Source: an uncultured PS1 clade bacterium
GTDB taxonomy: Bacteria; Pseudomonadota; Alphaproteobacteria; MED-G09
Length of the DNA stretch: 50,654 bases
Direction: 5' to 3'
Assembly: GCA_902533755.1 (NCBI GenBank)
Contig: CACANC010000006.1
Location: 1 to 50,654, forward strand
In this document: positions 12,520-23,333 of the stretch, one piece after another
How the letters are laid out: each line of letters begins with the position of its first letter
How positions within the stretch are numbered: position 1 is the first letter of the stretch
The notes under the pieces: model-generated
Databases searched by the model: none
What the model saw: only the letters and a program-made list of their open reading frames with translations
Told to the model about the DNA's origin: nothing
Made by a program: the position numbers and the translations under genes

Positions 12520-12999
12520 TTGACTAAGAATAGTTTCCGCACTTGATGAGGCAACTTCTCCTGGGTTTTCTTCAACATTAAGTTTTGTTAGCGAATTATC
12601 ATCAATTATCATCGAATATCTTAATGATCTTTTGCCTAGACCAAAACCTGAACCATCCATAGATAAGCCAAGTGCTTCAGTAAGTTCACCATTACCATCA
12701 CCAACCATAAGCATTTTATCACCTGTGCCCTTATCATTACCCCATGCAGCCATTACAAAAGGATCATTTACTGATAAACAAACTATTTGATCTACACCTT
12801 TACCTAGAATTTCATCAGAATTATCTATAAAACCGGGCAAATGATGTATTGAGCAACCTGGAGTAAAAGCACCAGGAACTGCGAAAAGAACTGATCTTTT
12901 TCCTGAGAATAATTCACTTGTTGTTATAGGTGTTGGTCCTGCATCAGTCATATGATGGACAGTTGCTTCAGGAATTTTATCTCCTTCTTGTATAGCCAT
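12514..12999 (-). CDS. Peroxiredoxin (Prx5 type)
   Basis: [21 protein letters not shown]. Confidence 0.93.
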   Translation of the reverse strand: MAIQEGDKIPEATVHHMTDAGPTPITTSELFSGKRSVLFAVPGAFTPGCSIHHLPGFIDNSDEILGKGVDQIVCLSVNDPFVMAAWGNDKGTGDKMLMVGDGNGELTEALGLSMDGSGFGLGKRSLRYSMIIDDNSLTKLNVEENPGEVASSSAETILSQL

Positions 13000-13099
13000 A
13001 ATTTTCTCCTAATAAATTAAAATTGATTTTATACCTGCTTATGCAAGTTTCTTAGTATATATATTATGATATAAATTAGTCACTAGTTTTTGAAGAAAA

Positions 13100-13663
13100 A
13101 TGGATAAAAATATTACATTTGAAGGAAGCTTACTAATTGCTTCGAAATCAATGCCTGATCCAAGGTTTTCTAAATCAGTAATATTATTAATTAATTTTTC
13201 ATCCGACGGCGCAATGGGAATTGTATTAAATAGACCGCACAAAATAAATTTAAAAGATGTCCTCAAAGATATGAATATAAGTCAAATAAGTTCAAATGCT
13301 TATATTCCAATTTTTAATGGCGGTCCTGTTTCAATAGATAAAGGTTTTCTATTGCATAATTCAGATATAATTTTGGAAGATAGTATTGAGATCAATGGTG
13401 CAAATTGTTTTCTAAATTCGTCTAAGGATTCTTTGTCTTTATTATGTATGGAAGAAATTAACTCTGGAGTAAATTTATATCTCGGATGTTGTGGTTGGTC
13501 CCCAGGACAACTAGAAAACGAACTTAAATCAAACGATTGGATAATATCAAATGCTAATGAAAATTTAATATTTGATGATAATTATAATAACATGTGGGAA
13601 AGAGCAATTGAAGGAATAGGTTTTAATATAAATAATCTATCAAATGACAGTGGATTAGCTTAA
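13100..13663 (+). CDS. YqgE/AlgH family protein
   Basis: DPRFSKSVI, GAMGIVLNRP, GGPV, GWSPGQLENEL. Confidence 0.92.
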   Translation: MDKNITFEGSLLIASKSMPDPRFSKSVILLINFSSDGAMGIVLNRPHKINLKDVLKDMNISQISSNAYIPIFNGGPVSIDKGFLLHNSDIILEDSIEINGANCFLNSSKDSLSLLCMEEINSGVNLYLGCCGWSPGQLENELKSNDWIISNANENLIFDDNYNNMWERAIEGIGFNINNLSNDSGLA

Positions 13664-14856
13664 GTATTGCTAGCAATATCTTCAACTCTCTTCCAAACAC
13701 GAAGAATATTTCCACCCCAAATTTTTTCAATTTCTTTAGATGAATAACCTCTTTCTTTTAACTTGCGAGTTAATAGTTTAGTCTCTGAGGCATCAATCCA
13801 TCCGCTAATCCCTCCTCCTCCACCAAAGTCGGAGGAAATACCTACATAATCAACACCTATAAGATCAACAACATAGTCTATATGATCTATAAAATCATCA
13901 ATGTCTGGCATTGGGAATTCCATATTTATATTTTCTATTCCCTCAAGATATTCTCTTTTATTTGAGTGTAATGATGGGTTAAAACTTTTATCACCATAAA
14001 GTTTTGCAACCTTATTACCGAGACTGATTATAGAGTTAAATCGATCATTGTTAACTTTAACATAATTTGCAAATGCTGTTATTTGAATAACACCCTCATT
14101 TTCCTTAAGTGCAAAAAGTAATTCGTCAGATATATTTCTAGGGTGGTCTGCAATTGATTTTACACATGAATGAGAGGCAATGACTGGTGCTGATGATAAT
14201 TTTATTGCTTCAAGTGAAGCTTTATCTGAAATATGACTAATATCAATCATCATTCCTAAATTATTCATTCTTTTTATCGCTTTCTTACCAAAAGCTGAAA
14301 TTCCACCATGTAATTCCTCTTCATCATTTAATCTTTTACTTGGTATTGAGCTGTCTGCTATCTGATTATGACCTATATGAGTTAATGTCATATATCGAGC
14401 TCCAAGAGAATAATAATGGTCTAATAATGATAAATTCTCGCCAATTACATATCCATTTTCTATTCCAATTGCTGCTGATAAAAGGTTATTATTTTTTAAT
14501 TGAATAATATCTTCTGGCGCCAAGGCAAGTCCAATTTGATTAGAATATGTTTTAGTCATTTTTGAAATTGCTAGAAATTTTTTTTCAGCAAGAAGCTTTG
14601 CTTTTTTAAATCCTTCTTCGTCCAATGGTCCTTGGGGAACATAAACAACAAAAAAACCAGAATCTAAACCACCCTTTTTCATTTTATTTAAATCAACTTG
14701 CATATCAGTAATTTTACCAGGATCATGTTGAGGGTTTTCCATATAATCAAAAGGAATATCAATATGCGAATCTATTGTAATAACTTGAGACAGCAAAGGC
14801 GTACTTAAGAAGCAAAATAAAAAAAAGAAAAATGTGGGATTTCTATGTTTAAACAT
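13660..14856 (-). CDS. Membrane dipeptidase (M19), exported
   Basis: Signal peptide; IDSHIDIP, IDISH, ASHS, HPRN, SDFGGGG. Confidence 0.9.
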   Translation of the reverse strand: MFKHRNPTFFFFLFCFLSTPLLSQVITIDSHIDIPFDYMENPQHDPGKITDMQVDLNKMKKGGLDSGFFVVYVPQGPLDEEGFKKAKLLAEKKFLAISKMTKTYSNQIGLALAPEDIIQLKNNNLLSAAIGIENGYVIGENLSLLDHYYSLGARYMTLTHIGHNQIADSSIPSKRLNDEEELHGGISAFGKKAIKRMNNLGMMIDISHISDKASLEAIKLSSAPVIASHSCVKSIADHPRNISDELLFALKENEGVIQITAFANYVKVNNDRFNSIISLGNKVAKLYGDKSFNPSLHSNKREYLEGIENINMEFPMPDIDDFIDHIDYVVDLIGVDYVGISSDFGGGGGISGWIDASETKLLTRKLKERGYSSKEIEKIWGGNILRVWKRVEDIASNT

Positions 14857-16225
14857 TTGAGTACTTTCTTATAAAACTTATTAAAGCTTCTGAATTATTT
14901 TCTAATTGAGTAAACTTCTCTTTTTTATTAATTATATTTTTTAGTCTATCAGGAATTTCTGGCTCAAGACCTATTGCATCAATAACTGCTTTAGAAAATT
15001 TAGCCGGATGGGCTGTTCCTAAATTAACCATCGGTACATCCAAATTTAATTCACTTGCAGATGCATAAAATCCCACTGCGGTATGTGGATCAAGAATTAT
15101 ATTAGAAGCTTTATGAATCCGTGAAATCGTATCTTTTACTTTTTCTTCACTAGCCTTACCTGATTTAAAATCATTTCTAATATAGGCAAGAGTATCATTA
15201 CCTATTCTAAAACCATTATTTTTCTTTAATTCTTTAAATAGATTTCTTAATTTTTCTGGGTCCCTATATAAAGATTCAAATAATAACCTCTCAAAATTAC
15301 TTGAAATTTGAATATCCATACTTGGAGATGTAGTAGCCTTTACTTCTTCTTGAAAGTAGTCACCATTAGATATCGCCCGATCTAAAATATCATTATCATT
15401 TGTTGCAACAATTAATTTATCAATAGGTAATCCCATTTTTTTTGCGACCCATCCGGCTAAAACATCTCCGAAATTTCCTGTTGGTACTGAAAAAGAAACT
15501 CTATTCGATTGTAATTGCTGAAATGTTGAAAAATAGTAAACAATTTGGGCTGCTACGCGCGCCCAATTTATTGAATTAATTGCACCAAGACTCACCTCTT
15601 CTTTGAACTCAAGATTTTGGAATAGATGCTTCACAAGGTTTTGACAATCATCAAAAGTTCCGTCAATTTCAATTGGATAAATACTTGCGCTATCAACAGT
15701 TGTCATTTGTTTTCTTTGTATTTCAGATACTCTTCCTTTTGGAAATAATATGAAAACAGTACAATGTTTATTATTTTTAAAAGCTTCAATCGCGGCACTA
15801 CCAGTATCTCCTGAAGTAGCGCCTAATATAGTTATTGATTTATTTTTCTTACTTAAAGAAGTTTCAAAAAATTGAGCTAATAAAAGCATGGCAAAATCTT
15901 TAAAAGCAAGGGTTGGTCCATGAAAAAGTTCTAATAAATAGTTTCCTTTTTCAACTTCTTTCAACCCAATTGCCTCTTTTGAAGGAAAATGACTATAAGC
16001 CTGACTAGCAATGTCGTTTAACTCTTCATAATTTAAAAAGCCTTTAACAAAAGGATAGATAACATATGCTGCCTGTTCAGAATATGATGCTGTAGGTAGC
16101 TCTTTGTAGTCTAACTTTGGCCATTCTTTTGGAATATAAAGACCACCATCATTTGCAAGTCCAGATAAAAGAACATCTTCAAAACCTAACTCAGGAGCAT
16201 TTCCTCTTGTAGAAATATATTTCAT
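14849..16225 (-). CDS. thrC: Threonine synthase
   Basis: MKYISTRG, ELFHGPTLAFKD, ATSGDTG, NSINWAR, DPHTA, AHPAKF. Confidence 0.97.
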   Translation of the reverse strand: MKYISTRGNAPELGFEDVLLSGLANDGGLYIPKEWPKLDYKELPTASYSEQAAYVIYPFVKGFLNYEELNDIASQAYSHFPSKEAIGLKEVEKGNYLLELFHGPTLAFKDFAMLLLAQFFETSLSKKNKSITILGATSGDTGSAAIEAFKNNKHCTVFILFPKGRVSEIQRKQMTTVDSASIYPIEIDGTFDDCQNLVKHLFQNLEFKEEVSLGAINSINWARVAAQIVYYFSTFQQLQSNRVSFSVPTGNFGDVLAGWVAKKMGLPIDKLIVATNDNDILDRAISNGDYFQEEVKATTSPSMDIQISSNFERLLFESLYRDPEKLRNLFKELKKNNGFRIGNDTLAYIRNDFKSGKASEEKVKDTISRIHKASNIILDPHTAVGFYASASELNLDVPMVNLGTAHPAKFSKAVIDAIGLEPEIPDRLKNIINKKEKFTQLENNSEALISFIRKYSNV

Positions 16226-16309
16226 AATATTTATTAATTTATTACTTTAAGTTATTCTTATAAGATTATTATCAGTTTTTGTTTTTTATGGGAAATATTC
16301 ATTAAACTA

Positions 16310-17194
16310 ATGCAACTAGAAAAATTTATAAAATCAATTGAATATGGAGTTTGCGATCAATTAACGCCGCTTGTAAGGAGAGTAATTGCTAACAATCCAG
16401 GAGGTTTTACTTTCACTGGCACAGGTACATATATCATAGGCAATAAAAATATAGCTGTAATAGATCCAGGGCCTATTGATGATGACCATTATAATGCATT
16501 AATGAAGGCAACATTAGGACAAAAAATTACTCATATACTTTTAACTCACAACCATAATGATCACTCACCTCTTGCGAAAAAATTAAAATCTGAAACTGGA
16601 GCAAAGATATATTATAAAAATTTAAGTAATGATGAACTTGCTCAAGATGATTTCGAGGAGGGTTATGATCGAAATATTGAAGGTGATATAGAATTAAAAG
16701 ATGGCGATAAAATAGAGACTAATGAATGGTCAATTGAAGCTATACATACCCCTGGTCACACATCAAACCATATTTGCTATGCATTACTTGATGAAAATAT
16801 TTTATTCTCTGGCGATCATGTAATGGGCTGGTCTACTACAGTTATTGTTCCCCCCGATGGTGATATGGATGATTATATTATTTCTTTAGAAAAATTGCTT
16901 TCTCGAAGAGAAGAGAAGTTTTTTCCAACTCACGGTCCAATTATTGATGAACCTAAAAAGTTAGTCTCAGACTATATATCTCATAGACTAAACCGTGAAA
17001 AACAGATTATTGATGCTATAAAAAAAGGAAACAATAAGATCTCAGAAATAGTAAAGATGATTTATAAAGATGTTGATAAATCGCTTCATCCCGCTGCAGC
17101 AATGTCTACCCTTGCACATTTAAAAAGGATGGAAAATAATCAAGAAGTTACTGTGAAAGGAAGAGATTTAGAAGGTATTTATAATATAGCTTAA
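16310..17194 (+). CDS. MBL-fold metallo-hydrolase (LACTB2-like)
   Basis: ANNPGGFTFTGTGTY, THNHNDH, TPGHTSNH, GDHVMGWST. Confidence 0.9.
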   Translation: MQLEKFIKSIEYGVCDQLTPLVRRVIANNPGGFTFTGTGTYIIGNKNIAVIDPGPIDDDHYNALMKATLGQKITHILLTHNHNDHSPLAKKLKSETGAKIYYKNLSNDELAQDDFEEGYDRNIEGDIELKDGDKIETNEWSIEAIHTPGHTSNHICYALLDENILFSGDHVMGWSTTVIVPPDGDMDDYIISLEKLLSRREEKFFPTHGPIIDEPKKLVSDYISHRLNREKQIIDAIKKGNNKISEIVKMIYKDVDKSLHPAAAMSTLAHLKRMENNQEVTVKGRDLEGIYNIA

Positions 17195-17201
17195 GTCTAA
17201 A

Positions 17202-19199
17202 TTAATTTAAATCTAACCATTGCATTTCCTCTTTGGTCAGTTGAACTTTTAAAGAATTAACAGAGCTTTCAGTTTCTATAAAATTTCTAGGTCCAATCAG
17301 AGGAAACACTGGAAAATCTTGATTTAAAACATAAGCCAGAGCAATCTCTATTGGTTCAAATCCTTTTTTCTTAGCCATTGCAAAACATCTATCTCTTTTC
17401 ATTAAATTTTCTTGACTATGCCATACTCTTTTTTGTTCATCTAAGTTTGGATCTGCAGGATGATAAGATTCTTTTTCTGAAGTATCTTTTAGAAAAAAAC
17501 CTCTAGCTTGACTTGACCAAGGAAACAAAGGAATATTTTTTTTCTTTAAAAATTTCCTAAAATCTTCATCTGAAGAACTTTCACACCCTGGCCAGACAGG
17601 CTCTATCATATGAGCTAAACTAAAATTATTACTCAATGCTCCAAAGGGAGTTTTATTACTCTTATCAGCATAATCAATAGCTTCCTGAAATCTCTTTAAA
17701 GACCAATTAGATGCGCCAAATATTTTTATTAATCCCTCATCCTTTAGTTCATTTAAGACATCAATAAACTCTTTAACAGGAATATCTTGATTATCTCTAT
17801 GTAAGCAATAAATATCTATGCAGTCTATTTTCAATCGAGATAAACTCTTAAGAAGCTGATCGCGAATTATTTCAGGATAACAGTGAGGCGTGTGAGCGCC
17901 TTTACCAAGAACAATAACATGATTTTCTAGGTTTCTAGAATTTATCCATCTACCAAGATGCTCATCACTTTTTCCATCATTATAAATAAATGCAGTATCA
18001 AATACATTTCCTCCAATCGAGTAAAAGTGATCAAACATTGAAAAAGCATGATTTGTATCTATCTGATTATCACATCCGAAAACCAACTTCGAAACTTTAC
18101 TATCTAAACCTTCAATTTTTATTTTGGGAATTACATTTTCTTTATTATTAAATAAAGATTTATTAAAGGATGATAAGTTATTCTCAGGCTCATCAAAATC
18201 ATATCTTACACCTGCAAGCCTTCTCCATTCATCTAGACATACAGCGTTACCATATGAGTCTTTATGAGATATTTTTATGCTTTCAATATTATTTTTTAGA
18301 CATTCATCAAAATGATTGATCTCATTTATATAAATTTTACCCATAGCATCTATATTTATTTCAGAAATCTTTTTATTGCCTTCTTTAAGAATTAGAGAGT
18401 TATTATCCTTCTTATATTCACCACAATGCCAAGGATCTCTGACTAAAAGAGTTCTTTTTCCGTCTGTAACCTCAACAGAATTATCTAAATTTTCTTTTAT
18501 TGATGAGGATAGATAAGCTAATGATCCATCTGAAAAAGTTAATTTCGCTCTAGATGATAAATCAATTCCATGTTCATTTATATCAGATTGAACTTCATAT
18601 TCTTCTGGATCCATAAATTCTTTACCATTTATTAGCCCAACTATCATTCTTGCCATAGATAAAGGGTAGCAACCGATATCTAAAATAGATCCACCCCCAA
18701 GTTTCGGATTAAGTAATCGGTGATCTTTTTTGACTTTAGCTTCAAACCCAAAGCTTGCTTTTATTTCAATTTTTTTACCTTCGAAATTTTCTTGAACTAA
18801 TTCTCTAATTTTATCGGTTTGAGGATGCATCCTATACATAAAAGCTTCCATTAGAAGTAATTGCTTTTTCTTGGCAAGGTTAAATAACAGCATTGCCTCT
18901 GAAGAATTCATTGTAAGAGGCTTTTCACAAAGAACAGATTTGCCATTCATTAATGCCTTATAAGAAAATTCAAAATGTGATGTATGAGGAGTAGAGATAT
19001 ATATAGAATTAATATCTTTATCATCTAAAAGCTTTTGATAATCATCAAAACCAATACAATTATAAGTTGAGGCAAATAAATCTGCAGAATCTTTTGATCT
19101 ACTTCCAACGGCTAATAAAGTTGATCTGTTGGTCTCTTTAATAGCTGATGCGAAAGTTTTAGCTATGTTACCAGTGCCTAGAATACCCCAGTTAGTCAT
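17202..19199 (-). CDS. Gfo/Idh/MocA oxidoreductase fused to an aldo/keto reductase
   Basis: N-terminal WGILGTGNIA, CEKP, GGGSILDIGCY; C-terminal FDTAFIY, LHRDN, GASNWS. Confidence 0.88.
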   Translation of the reverse strand: MTNWGILGTGNIAKTFASAIKETNRSTLLAVGSRSKDSADLFASTYNCIGFDDYQKLLDDKDINSIYISTPHTSHFEFSYKALMNGKSVLCEKPLTMNSSEAMLLFNLAKKKQLLLMEAFMYRMHPQTDKIRELVQENFEGKKIEIKASFGFEAKVKKDHRLLNPKLGGGSILDIGCYPLSMARMIVGLINGKEFMDPEEYEVQSDINEHGIDLSSRAKLTFSDGSLAYLSSSIKENLDNSVEVTDGKRTLLVRDPWHCGEYKKDNNSLILKEGNKKISEINIDAMGKIYINEINHFDECLKNNIESIKISHKDSYGNAVCLDEWRRLAGVRYDFDEPENNLSSFNKSLFNNKENVIPKIKIEGLDSKVSKLVFGCDNQIDTNHAFSMFDHFYSIGGNVFDTAFIYNDGKSDEHLGRWINSRNLENHVIVLGKGAHTPHCYPEIIRDQLLKSLSRLKIDCIDIYCLHRDNQDIPVKEFIDVLNELKDEGLIKIFGASNWSLKRFQEAIDYADKSNKTPFGALSNNFSLAHMIEPVWPGCESSSDEDFRKFLKKKNIPLFPWSSQARGFFLKDTSEKESYHPADPNLDEQKRVWHSQENLMKRDRCFAMAKKKGFEPIEIALAYVLNQDFPVFPLIGPRNFIETESSVNSLKVQLTKEEMQWLDLN

Positions 19200-19211
19200 T
19201 CAAAAACTCTT

Positions 19212-19607
19212 TTACGAAACGATTTTTATAATAAAACCAATTAATGATCCAAGAATATAAATATATATTGGCGGCATACTGAAATATAAACCAGGACCTC
19301 TTTTTTCAGCGTCTTTATAATAATCTAATGCGTACTTTATTCGTCCTATTGGCCATACAATGCCAATAATAAATGCCCAAATAGGATCAACTGCAAATGA
19401 AAATAGCCATAAACCAGGTAAAAACAATACTAAATGCTCAATAGTATTATGATGAACCCTAACTTTTCTTACATATTCTTCAGGGCCATCATGTGAGGGG
19501 GCCTTAATACCATATTTCGCTCTCGCTAATCCTGCTTGTAAAAGTGTAAAATAATAAACCAACAAAGCAATGCTACTTAAAAGACCTGGGTAAATAAAGT
19601 TTTCCAT
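19212..19607 (-). CDS. MAPEG family membrane protein
   Basis: ARAKYGIKAP, RVHHNTIE, GRIKYA. Confidence 0.88.
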   Translation of the reverse strand: MENFIYPGLLSSIALLVYYFTLLQAGLARAKYGIKAPSHDGPEEYVRKVRVHHNTIEHLVLFLPGLWLFSFAVDPIWAFIIGIVWPIGRIKYALDYYKDAEKRGPGLYFSMPPIYIYILGSLIGFIIKIVS

Positions 19608-19621
19608 TTTTAACCTCTTAT

Positions 19622-20695
19622 TTATGAATTATTTGCGTCAAATTCAGATTTTAGAAAATTTGAAATATAATTATTTTTATAAAAATCGCTTTCTAATGGC
19701 ATTATATTATTAAATACAAGCTTCTTTGCAACGCGAACCATTATTACTGAAAACTTTAACAAAGAAAATATTCTATAGTAATTATAATTTTCTGTAGAAA
19801 ATCCAGTATACTCTGACCAAAGTGCTAAAGCTTCCTTATAATCCATTGAGCCTTCCAGCCTATCTACCGTTAATCCTATACTGCTAGCATCATCCACTGC
19901 TAAACCCCATGCGATATCTGAAATTGGATCCCCGTATGATGCCATTTCCCAATCCAACAAAGCAGAAGCCTTGAAATTATCATATAAAATATTGCCTGGA
20001 CGAGAGTCCCCCCAACATAGACTTAATGAATTATTTTTTTTTGGTTTATTTTCTTTCAACCAGCTTAAAACATTATTGCACAAAGGATTATCTTCTCCAT
20101 CCATTCCCCAATCTAAAAAATTTTGATAATAGTCAATATCAATATCCAATGGATCATTGTTTCTATACTTTTTATCTAGCTCTTTTAATTTTAAATCATT
20201 GATATCCAATGTATGAATTCGATTCAAATAATATATCCATTCTGTCCAGATTTTTCTTCTATCTTCTTTATCAGCTTTACCAACCATTCCTTCTGGATCC
20301 ATGTGGTATGGTGGGTTATCAGTTGGAGCTTCGCCATCAATAAAATCCATAAGATAAAACTCAGAACCCAAGATATCATCGTTTGATTCATATAATATAA
20401 TATTTGGCGTAGGAAAACCTCTTTCAAATAAACAATTCATAATATCAACTTGTAATTTTAGGTTGTATTCTGGAAAGACTTGATAATTAGTAGGTTTCAA
20501 TCGTAAAACATAATTTTTAATTTCATCATTTTCATTTAGGCTAAAAATAAAAGTTTCATTTGAAAACCCTGAGGCTATAGAACTTTCATTTGCTATAATT
20601 AAATGACCTTTATCTTTAAAATTATCTTGTTGCGTTAACCATTCTTTAAAGAGATTAAATTTTTTATCAAAATTTTTTTCAGTACTAACTGGCAT
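19622..20695 (-). CDS. APH/phosphotransferase family protein
   Basis: GFSNET, LCWGDSRPGNI, LLDWEMA kinase-like motifs. Confidence 0.85.
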   Translation of the reverse strand: MPVSTEKNFDKKFNLFKEWLTQQDNFKDKGHLIIANESSIASGFSNETFIFSLNENDEIKNYVLRLKPTNYQVFPEYNLKLQVDIMNCLFERGFPTPNIILYESNDDILGSEFYLMDFIDGEAPTDNPPYHMDPEGMVGKADKEDRRKIWTEWIYYLNRIHTLDINDLKLKELDKKYRNNDPLDIDIDYYQNFLDWGMDGEDNPLCNNVLSWLKENKPKKNNSLSLCWGDSRPGNILYDNFKASALLDWEMASYGDPISDIAWGLAVDDASSIGLTVDRLEGSMDYKEALALWSEYTGFSTENYNYYRIFSLLKFSVIMVRVAKKLVFNNIMPLESDFYKNNYISNFLKSEFDANNS

Positions 20696-20697
20696 TT

Positions 20698-21804
20698 TTA
20701 ACGATCAAATAAATCTTTAAATCCACTAGGCAAATGAGGTCCAAGAATTAACTCTTCAAGAATACATGATCCATCATAAATTTTTTCTTTTCTTAATAAA
20801 GTCACATCACTTATTGATTGAATATGCAGAAATGGTGGGTCATGAGGGTCTTCACTTAAATTGTAAGTATCGTAAGTTCTTTCATTTTCACCTTTAAAAT
20901 GACCGTGACCCCATTCTTGATGCATATAACCTAAACCGCACATAAAAACTCTTGTTTTAGGAGTAACCTTCAAATTGATATTATCTTTATTTTTATCTAG
21001 AGCATTAATTTCAAGAAATTTTACTCTTCTTGATCCCTTAAAATATTCAACAGTTTTTTCTAAGTCTGAAAATGTTTCTTTTTCTCTTTTATTTTTATAT
21101 TGTAAAATAGAATGCCCATTCACAATATTTCCTTCAGAGTCATCAACAAAATGAAACTGTGTGGTAAAATCATCAAAATGAGCAGGATTCCATAACCAAT
21201 AAAATTGCGGCAAACTCATTGGAACTGGTGGTTGACTATCGTAAGCTCCAACAGGTCTAACCCCCCAAGATCTATCCCTTGTTCCTACAAATTTTTCTGG
21301 ATTAATATCTATTTTATTATTCTCTATTTTTATTTGCCCCGTCCATGAACCATGTTGAACCATTCTACAGGTATCCATTGTTTTTCTAGGACCGTCATAT
21401 AAATACATTTGAGGCTCCTGCAGAACTTCTGTAAAACCATTAAAAATTATATCTGCATTAATACCTGAATCTTTATCATTAACTAAAACTTGAAGTTTTT
21501 TAAGAGGTTCTAATACTTTAACTTCAATTGGACCTACAAAAGTATCTAATCTCTCTGAATTAAGTATTCGTGATGCCCTTACATTATGTTGAGTATCTTG
21601 ATAAGCGATAGTAAAAGCTGCATCCATTATATTTAAATTAGGATACACACATAAAACAGCTCCAAAAAATATTTCATCATCTTTAGAGTATCCATTAAAA
21701 AAATATCTATCATAAAAATTTCTAGAAGTACCTACCTCCGCCACAGGAGAGGGTTTTTGATGAATAGGATAATCATCTGCTTTTGTTATCATTTTTTTCC
21801 CCAC
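20698..21804 (-). CDS. Conserved hypothetical protein (beta-rich, aromatic-rich)
   Basis: 368 aa, GTG start; DDYPIHQ, NFYDRYFFNG, RDRSWGVRP; 2 nt upstream of the APH gene. Confidence 0.75.
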   Translation of the reverse strand: MGKKMITKADDYPIHQKPSPVAEVGTSRNFYDRYFFNGYSKDDEIFFGAVLCVYPNLNIMDAAFTIAYQDTQHNVRASRILNSERLDTFVGPIEVKVLEPLKKLQVLVNDKDSGINADIIFNGFTEVLQEPQMYLYDGPRKTMDTCRMVQHGSWTGQIKIENNKIDINPEKFVGTRDRSWGVRPVGAYDSQPPVPMSLPQFYWLWNPAHFDDFTTQFHFVDDSEGNIVNGHSILQYKNKREKETFSDLEKTVEYFKGSRRVKFLEINALDKNKDNINLKVTPKTRVFMCGLGYMHQEWGHGHFKGENERTYDTYNLSEDPHDPPFLHIQSISDVTLLRKEKIYDGSCILEELILGPHLPSGFKDLFDR

Positions 21805-22740
21805 TTAATTAGAAACATACTTAACTAAAAAGTCTATCCAATTATCATCATTATTTAAACAAGGTATGAATACAAATTTTTCACCGCCAGCTTCAATAAA
21901 TGTCTCTCTTGCCTCTATATTAATTTCTTCTAATGTTTCAAGATTATCTGCAACAAATGAAGGGCAAACAACAGCTATCTTCTTAATTCCATTTTTAGGA
22001 AGATTTTCTAGTACTTTATCTGTAAATGGCTGTAACCAGCCGGGTCCAATTCTTGATTGAAAAGCAACGCCCCATTGATCATCTTTTAAATCAAGTCTCT
22101 CTGCACATAGTTTAGATGCTAATTTTACTTGTTCCTCGTATGTTGGATTTGTTCTAACATTTTGTCTTTTGGGAATACCATGATAACTAAAAAGTAAAAA
22201 ATCAACATCATCATTTAGGTGTGAATTAATTTGTTTTGACAAAGATTCTATATACCCATCCTCATTATAAAATTCATCTAGAAAAGATAACTTTAAATCA
22301 AGGTCTAACTTATCTTTAACATCTTTTACTTTTAGTTTAGTAGTTAAAGAAGTTGCCTCTGCATAATGAGGATAAAGTGGAAGAACAATTATTTCTTTAC
22401 AGCCTTTTTCTTCTAATGAGATAAGCCCTTTCTCAATTGAAGGGTTTTGATAGCGCATTGCCATTTCAACAGGATATTCGATTTTCTGATCTAATTTTTC
22501 TTTTATCAGGTTAGTATTAATAATTAATGGAGAGCCATTTTTTGTCCAAATAGATTTATATGCTTCTTGTGTTTTTCTTGATCTAAAAGGGACAATGATA
22601 AAATTGACTAATATTTTCCTAATTATCGTTGGAATATCAACAACATAACTATCAGATAAGAATTCTTTAAGATATTTTTTAACTGAAGGTAGCTCTAGAT
22701 TATCTGGAGTTCCTAGATTTATAATTAGAATACCTTTCAT
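21805..22740 (-). CDS. hemH: Ferrochelatase
   Basis: INLGTP, AMRY, PLYPHY, FSYHGIP, FQSR, DNLETLEE, IPCLN. Confidence 0.95.
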   Translation of the reverse strand: MKGILIINLGTPDNLELPSVKKYLKEFLSDSYVVDIPTIIRKILVNFIIVPFRSRKTQEAYKSIWTKNGSPLIINTNLIKEKLDQKIEYPVEMAMRYQNPSIEKGLISLEEKGCKEIIVLPLYPHYAEATSLTTKLKVKDVKDKLDLDLKLSFLDEFYNEDGYIESLSKQINSHLNDDVDFLLFSYHGIPKRQNVRTNPTYEEQVKLASKLCAERLDLKDDQWGVAFQSRIGPGWLQPFTDKVLENLPKNGIKKIAVVCPSFVADNLETLEEINIEARETFIEAGGEKFVFIPCLNNDDNWIDFLVKYVSN

Positions 22741-23051
22741 TCAACATTCCTTTTTTTTACAATTTTCAAAAGATAAAAGCCTAACCAAGTACTAATTATT
22801 ATTTTAATAGCTATCCAAATAATAGCGGGAATTTGCCAAATAAATTGATATATTGGTTTTAAAGGCCATAAATATTTGAAAACCAATTCTTTTATTATAA
22901 ATAAATTCTCTGTTAAGAATTTATCAGTTGAAAGAGATAAAATGCTATAATCGTTTGAAAAAATTATCCAAGAAACCCAAAATAAGAAACCTAATTGGAT
23001 AGGTGTTGTATAAATACAAAGATAAGCAAAACCCAAAAGGAATTTATTCAT
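22737..23051 (-). CDS. Hypothetical membrane protein
   Basis: 104 aa, hydrophobic; ATGA overlap with the hemH start. Confidence 0.65.
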   Translation of the reverse strand: MNKFLLGFAYLCIYTTPIQLGFLFWVSWIIFSNDYSILSLSTDKFLTENLFIIKELVFKYLWPLKPIYQFIWQIPAIIWIAIKIIISTWLGFYLLKIVKKRNVE

Positions 23052-23063
23052 TTAATTTGTCTA

Positions 23064-23333
23064 TCATATTTCTTTAGAAAGAAGAATTCTTTTCACTTTT
23101 GATCCACCTGCAGAATAGCCACCTATTTCACCATTAGATTTAATTACTCTGTGACATGGTATTTCAACAGGATATGGATTTTTACCACAAGCATTTGCGA
23201 CTGCTCTTGAAGATTTCGGCCTTCTGATTGCAATAGCTATTTCCTTATAACTTTTTGTTTTACCTTTAGGTATTTTTAAAATTTCTTTCCAAACTTTTAT
23301 TTGAAATTCAGTCCCGTTTAATTTATGTCCCAT
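23064..23333 (-). CDS. ogt: Minimal MGMT (O6-alkylguanine DNA alkyltransferase, C-terminal domain only)
   Basis: GTEFQIKVW, RAVANAC..NP, IPCHRV active-site Cys. Confidence 0.88.
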   Translation of the reverse strand: MGHKLNGTEFQIKVWKEILKIPKGKTKSYKEIAIAIRRPKSSRAVANACGKNPYPVEIPCHRVIKSNGEIGGYSAGGSKVKRILLSKEI

